Source of the DNA: Candidatus Kapaibacterium sp. | GTDB taxonomy: Bacteria; Bacteroidota; Ignavibacteria; Kapaibacteriales; Kapaibacteriaceae | DNA: 38,252 nucleotides | Direction of reading: 5' to 3' | Assembly (NCBI GenBank): GCA_026390655.1 | Contig: JAPLFN010000120.1 | Coordinates: 1 to 38,252, forward strand | In this document: positions 35,870-38,252 of the stretch, piece by piece | Position numbering within the stretch: the stretch's first letter is position 1 | How the letters are laid out: each line of letters starts with the position of its first letter | The notes under the pieces: generated by a model | Seen by the model: the letters and a program-made list of their open reading frames with translations, nothing else | The model's database searches: none | What the model was told of the DNA's origin: nothing | Position numbers and translations under genes: made by a program

Positions 35870-38004
35870 TTACTCTTGCCTGACGTGGCCTTGCCCCAGA
35901 TCTTATCGATCATTATCTGATCGTAGGTAACAGGATGACGGACACGAACAACAGATAGCCATTGCTCTGTTAGCCGCTTCTGCAAGGCGTCTTGATACGC
36001 GGGAGCTAGATCTGTCAGAGCAGCTTCAAAAGACTTCTGTTGAGGGGGAACTATGCCCTCAAGACGAATGATTGACCAGCCGGCATCCATTGCGAACGGT
36101 CCGATGACAGTTCCAATCTTGGTTGTTGGTATGACCTTCTGAGCGAGTTTGGATGTCTTTGGCGATACTGCACTGGTGAATCCCTTTTTGTCGCGGGCAC
36201 CTTCTCGTTGAGAATACTGCGCTGCTAGCGAACTAATGTCCTCGCCCTTCTTAATGCGGGCGTCGATGGCATTTGCAGCAGAATCGCTCAATACATAGAT
36301 CTCCGTGAGGTTGTATTTCTGCTCACTCATCCAACGCGCTTTTGTGGAATCGTAAAACACGCGAGCATCAGATGTGTCAAAGCGCAACTTGCTCCACACT
36401 TCTTTCTCTTCGACCTTGAAGAGAAGGATGCCGTCGTTAAACTCCTGCATGAGGGCGGCAAAATCAGGGTATTGCTTTTCAAGTCCGGCAGTTGCCTGCG
36501 CAAGAACGAGGGGGTCAGCGATTTTGTTGATCGCTCTCTCGAGTCCGGCACGGTTCAACGTGTATCCGCGCATGTCGATACGAAGTCGGAGTGAGTCTGT
36601 GAACTGACCGATCGCGATAGGGCCGCGAGGCATTTCATAGATCGTTCTATCTGCAAGAAATGGCGTCACCGCACGCGACCACGTAGTATCCTGCGTATTC
36701 TTCGTGGTGTCTATTGCTCCCATGAAGGCCATGAGCGCCTGATCAACCCAACGATAACCATAGACCTTCTTAATGGAGTCTAACACGAGGCGTTTGTCTT
36801 CTTCAAAGTAGAGCCTGCGATAGGTTCTCTTGGCGGCATCACGCTCTACGAATGCGTCCGGCTTCTTCGTTGAATCGCGGATCATGATGTGCGTGCCATA
36901 AAGGGTCTTTACACGACCGGAGATCTCGCCATCCTTGAGTTTGTAGATGGCTTCTTCGAAGCCGGGTGCGAGTCTGGAACCATTAGCGTCCATCCCACCC
37001 GACCGCGAGTAGGCGGAACCCAAATAGCCACCCTTTGAAGCCGATGTCTTGTCGTCAGAATAGGCCTTGGCCAGATCAGAGAATGCATCGCCACTCGGTT
37101 CGATTTTGCGCGCGCGAAGAGCCATTGCTTGTGGCGCCGGCTTCAATTTGAGGATCGCAATAAGCGTATCGGCAAACAGGTCCGTAGAAATAGAATCCCT
37201 GTCGTCCTTTGGAGTCAAAAGTATGTGGCGGAACTTCACCATGTCGCGGGGCTCTTCGTTGAAAACCTTTACAATGAAGTATCCAAAGCGCGATCCCACT
37301 GGTGCCGGAGAAACTTGACCCGCTTTAAGCGCATACGCTTCGTCCTCAACAGACTTGATGATCGAACCGCCGGAGATCCACGGCAACATGCCGCCATTGG
37401 CAGCAGTCTCTTTATCATCCGACGAATCACGTGCGAGTTTTACAAAGTCAGACCCCGCGTTCAATTGTGTGATCAAGCGCTCTGCTTTGCGACGGCTGCC
37501 GGCAGTATCCCACTGTTTCGAGACAGGATCGGCGATTGCGCAGAGGATGATGCCGATGTGCAGTTCTTTGAGCCGACGGCGCGAGAGTTGATCAACGCGT
37601 TGATCTGCAATAGCCTTGTCGTAGAAGAATGTCTCGGACAATAGTCTGCGGTTGTTTGCGAGATCAACCTTTACAGCTGAATCACTTTCAAGTCCACGAT
37701 CCTTGGCATCCTGAACCTTGAGTCGGTAGTTCGTATAGAGTCTGAGAAACTCTAACGCTGTGTCTCTTGGTATCGCTGAGAGTTTGGTATCCCGACGAGA
37801 AAGATTTTTCTGAAATGCGCGCTCAACATCTGCAAGGTCTATCTTTTCTGTGCCAACCGTGGCCACAATGATCGGAGCAGTAGACATTGAGGAAGGGGCT
37901 GATTGTTTTTTGCCCTTCTGAGCCGACGCAATAGACGCAAGGCAGAGAATGCCGAGCGCGATCGAGATTACACGAGAATGAATCGCCATGGCGGATATCG
38001 TCAT
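35866..38004 (-). CDS. Multi-parvulin peptidylprolyl isomerase (SurA/PpiD-like)
   Basis: Signal peptide; FVKLARDSSDD...GGMLPW, RHILL, SKGGYLG, FNDGILLF; the start could instead be 37989. Confidence 0.85.
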   Translation of the reverse strand: MTISAMAIHSRVISIALGILCLASIASAQKGKKQSAPSSMSTAPIIVATVGTEKIDLADVERAFQKNLSRRDTKLSAIPRDTALEFLRLYTNYRLKVQDAKDRGLESDSAVKVDLANNRRLLSETFFYDKAIADQRVDQLSRRRLKELHIGIILCAIADPVSKQWDTAGSRRKAERLITQLNAGSDFVKLARDSSDDKETAANGGMLPWISGGSIIKSVEDEAYALKAGQVSPAPVGSRFGYFIVKVFNEEPRDMVKFRHILLTPKDDRDSISTDLFADTLIAILKLKPAPQAMALRARKIEPSGDAFSDLAKAYSDDKTSASKGGYLGSAYSRSGGMDANGSRLAPGFEEAIYKLKDGEISGRVKTLYGTHIMIRDSTKKPDAFVERDAAKRTYRRLYFEEDKRLVLDSIKKVYGYRWVDQALMAFMGAIDTTKNTQDTTWSRAVTPFLADRTIYEMPRGPIAIGQFTDSLRLRIDMRGYTLNRAGLERAINKIADPLVLAQATAGLEKQYPDFAALMQEFNDGILLFKVEEKEVWSKLRFDTSDARVFYDSTKARWMSEQKYNLTEIYVLSDSAANAIDARIKKGEDISSLAAQYSQREGARDKKGFTSAVSPKTSKLAQKVIPTTKIGTVIGPFAMDAGWSIIRLEGIVPPQQKSFEAALTDLAPAYQDALQKRLTEQWLSVVRVRHPVTYDQIMIDKIWGKATSGKSK

Positions 38005-38067
38005 GAATATTGTCGCTGAGAATGTGAGTGGGATCGGTCGTCACAGACGCCCGAACCACAAAAATAG

Positions 38068-38252
38068 TCAGCCAATGAGTGCCGTCGATACCTTCCAGAT
38101 ATCTCCGGCTCCCATGGTAAGGACAAGATCGCCCTCTTGTACGATGGTTTTGAGGAGCTCCGGAATGTCCGAAACGTCTTCAACGTAGTACACGTTGCGA
38201 TGCCCGGCAGCCCTTGCAGCATCTGCTATGAGCTTCCCGTTGATGTCCGGAA
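38068..38252 (-). CDS. murC: UDP-N-acetylmuramate--L-alanine ligase, 3' end (partial)
   Basis: Manual translation PDINGKLIADAARAAGHRNVYYV...EGDLVLTMGAGDIWKV; TGA at 38068-38070; not in the ORF track. Confidence 0.85.
   Translation of the reverse strand, partial: PDINGKLIADAARAAGHRNVYYVEDVSDIPELLKTIVQEGDLVLTMGAGDIWKVSTALIG

Noticed and set aside
38001-38222. 73-aa ORF from the track
   Set aside because: Wrong frame; the real coding frame is the murC 3' end stopping at 38068

Overview
38 kb chromosomal segment from an FCB-group bacterium. T9SS cargo tails, a T9SS plug gene, archaeal/eukaryote-type ProRS and TAnnTTTG promoter boxes suggest a Kapabacteria/Ignavibacteria-like lineage (inference). 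Bases 1-12.6 kb are mostly housekeeping and envelope genes: porin, LamG protein, phnA-like, TolB-like, proS, VOC protein, ruvB, T9SS plug, acyl-CoA thioesterase, bamD, era and SRPBCC-GyrI. Their junctions are filled with 7/8-mer tandem repeats and REP-like palindromes. Bases 12.7-19.9 kb encode two T9SS-secreted proteins, the larger one split by a -1 frame break. Bases 20.4-34.6 kb hold the best candidate for an undescribed system, two divergent operons driven by mirror-image ECF-type promoters. The left operon encodes a 1691-aa beta-rich protein with a twin-arginine signal and an apolipoprotein-like helical insert, plus a signal-less ~1400-aa partner that is frame-broken near its C-terminus. 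The right operon encodes a secreted TANFOR-like/Fn3/CBM-like/7xRCC1 protein and a 652-aa outer-membrane beta-barrel. The window ends with two SurA-family PPIases and the 3' end of murC. Family assignments are by eye from motifs; no database searches were run.
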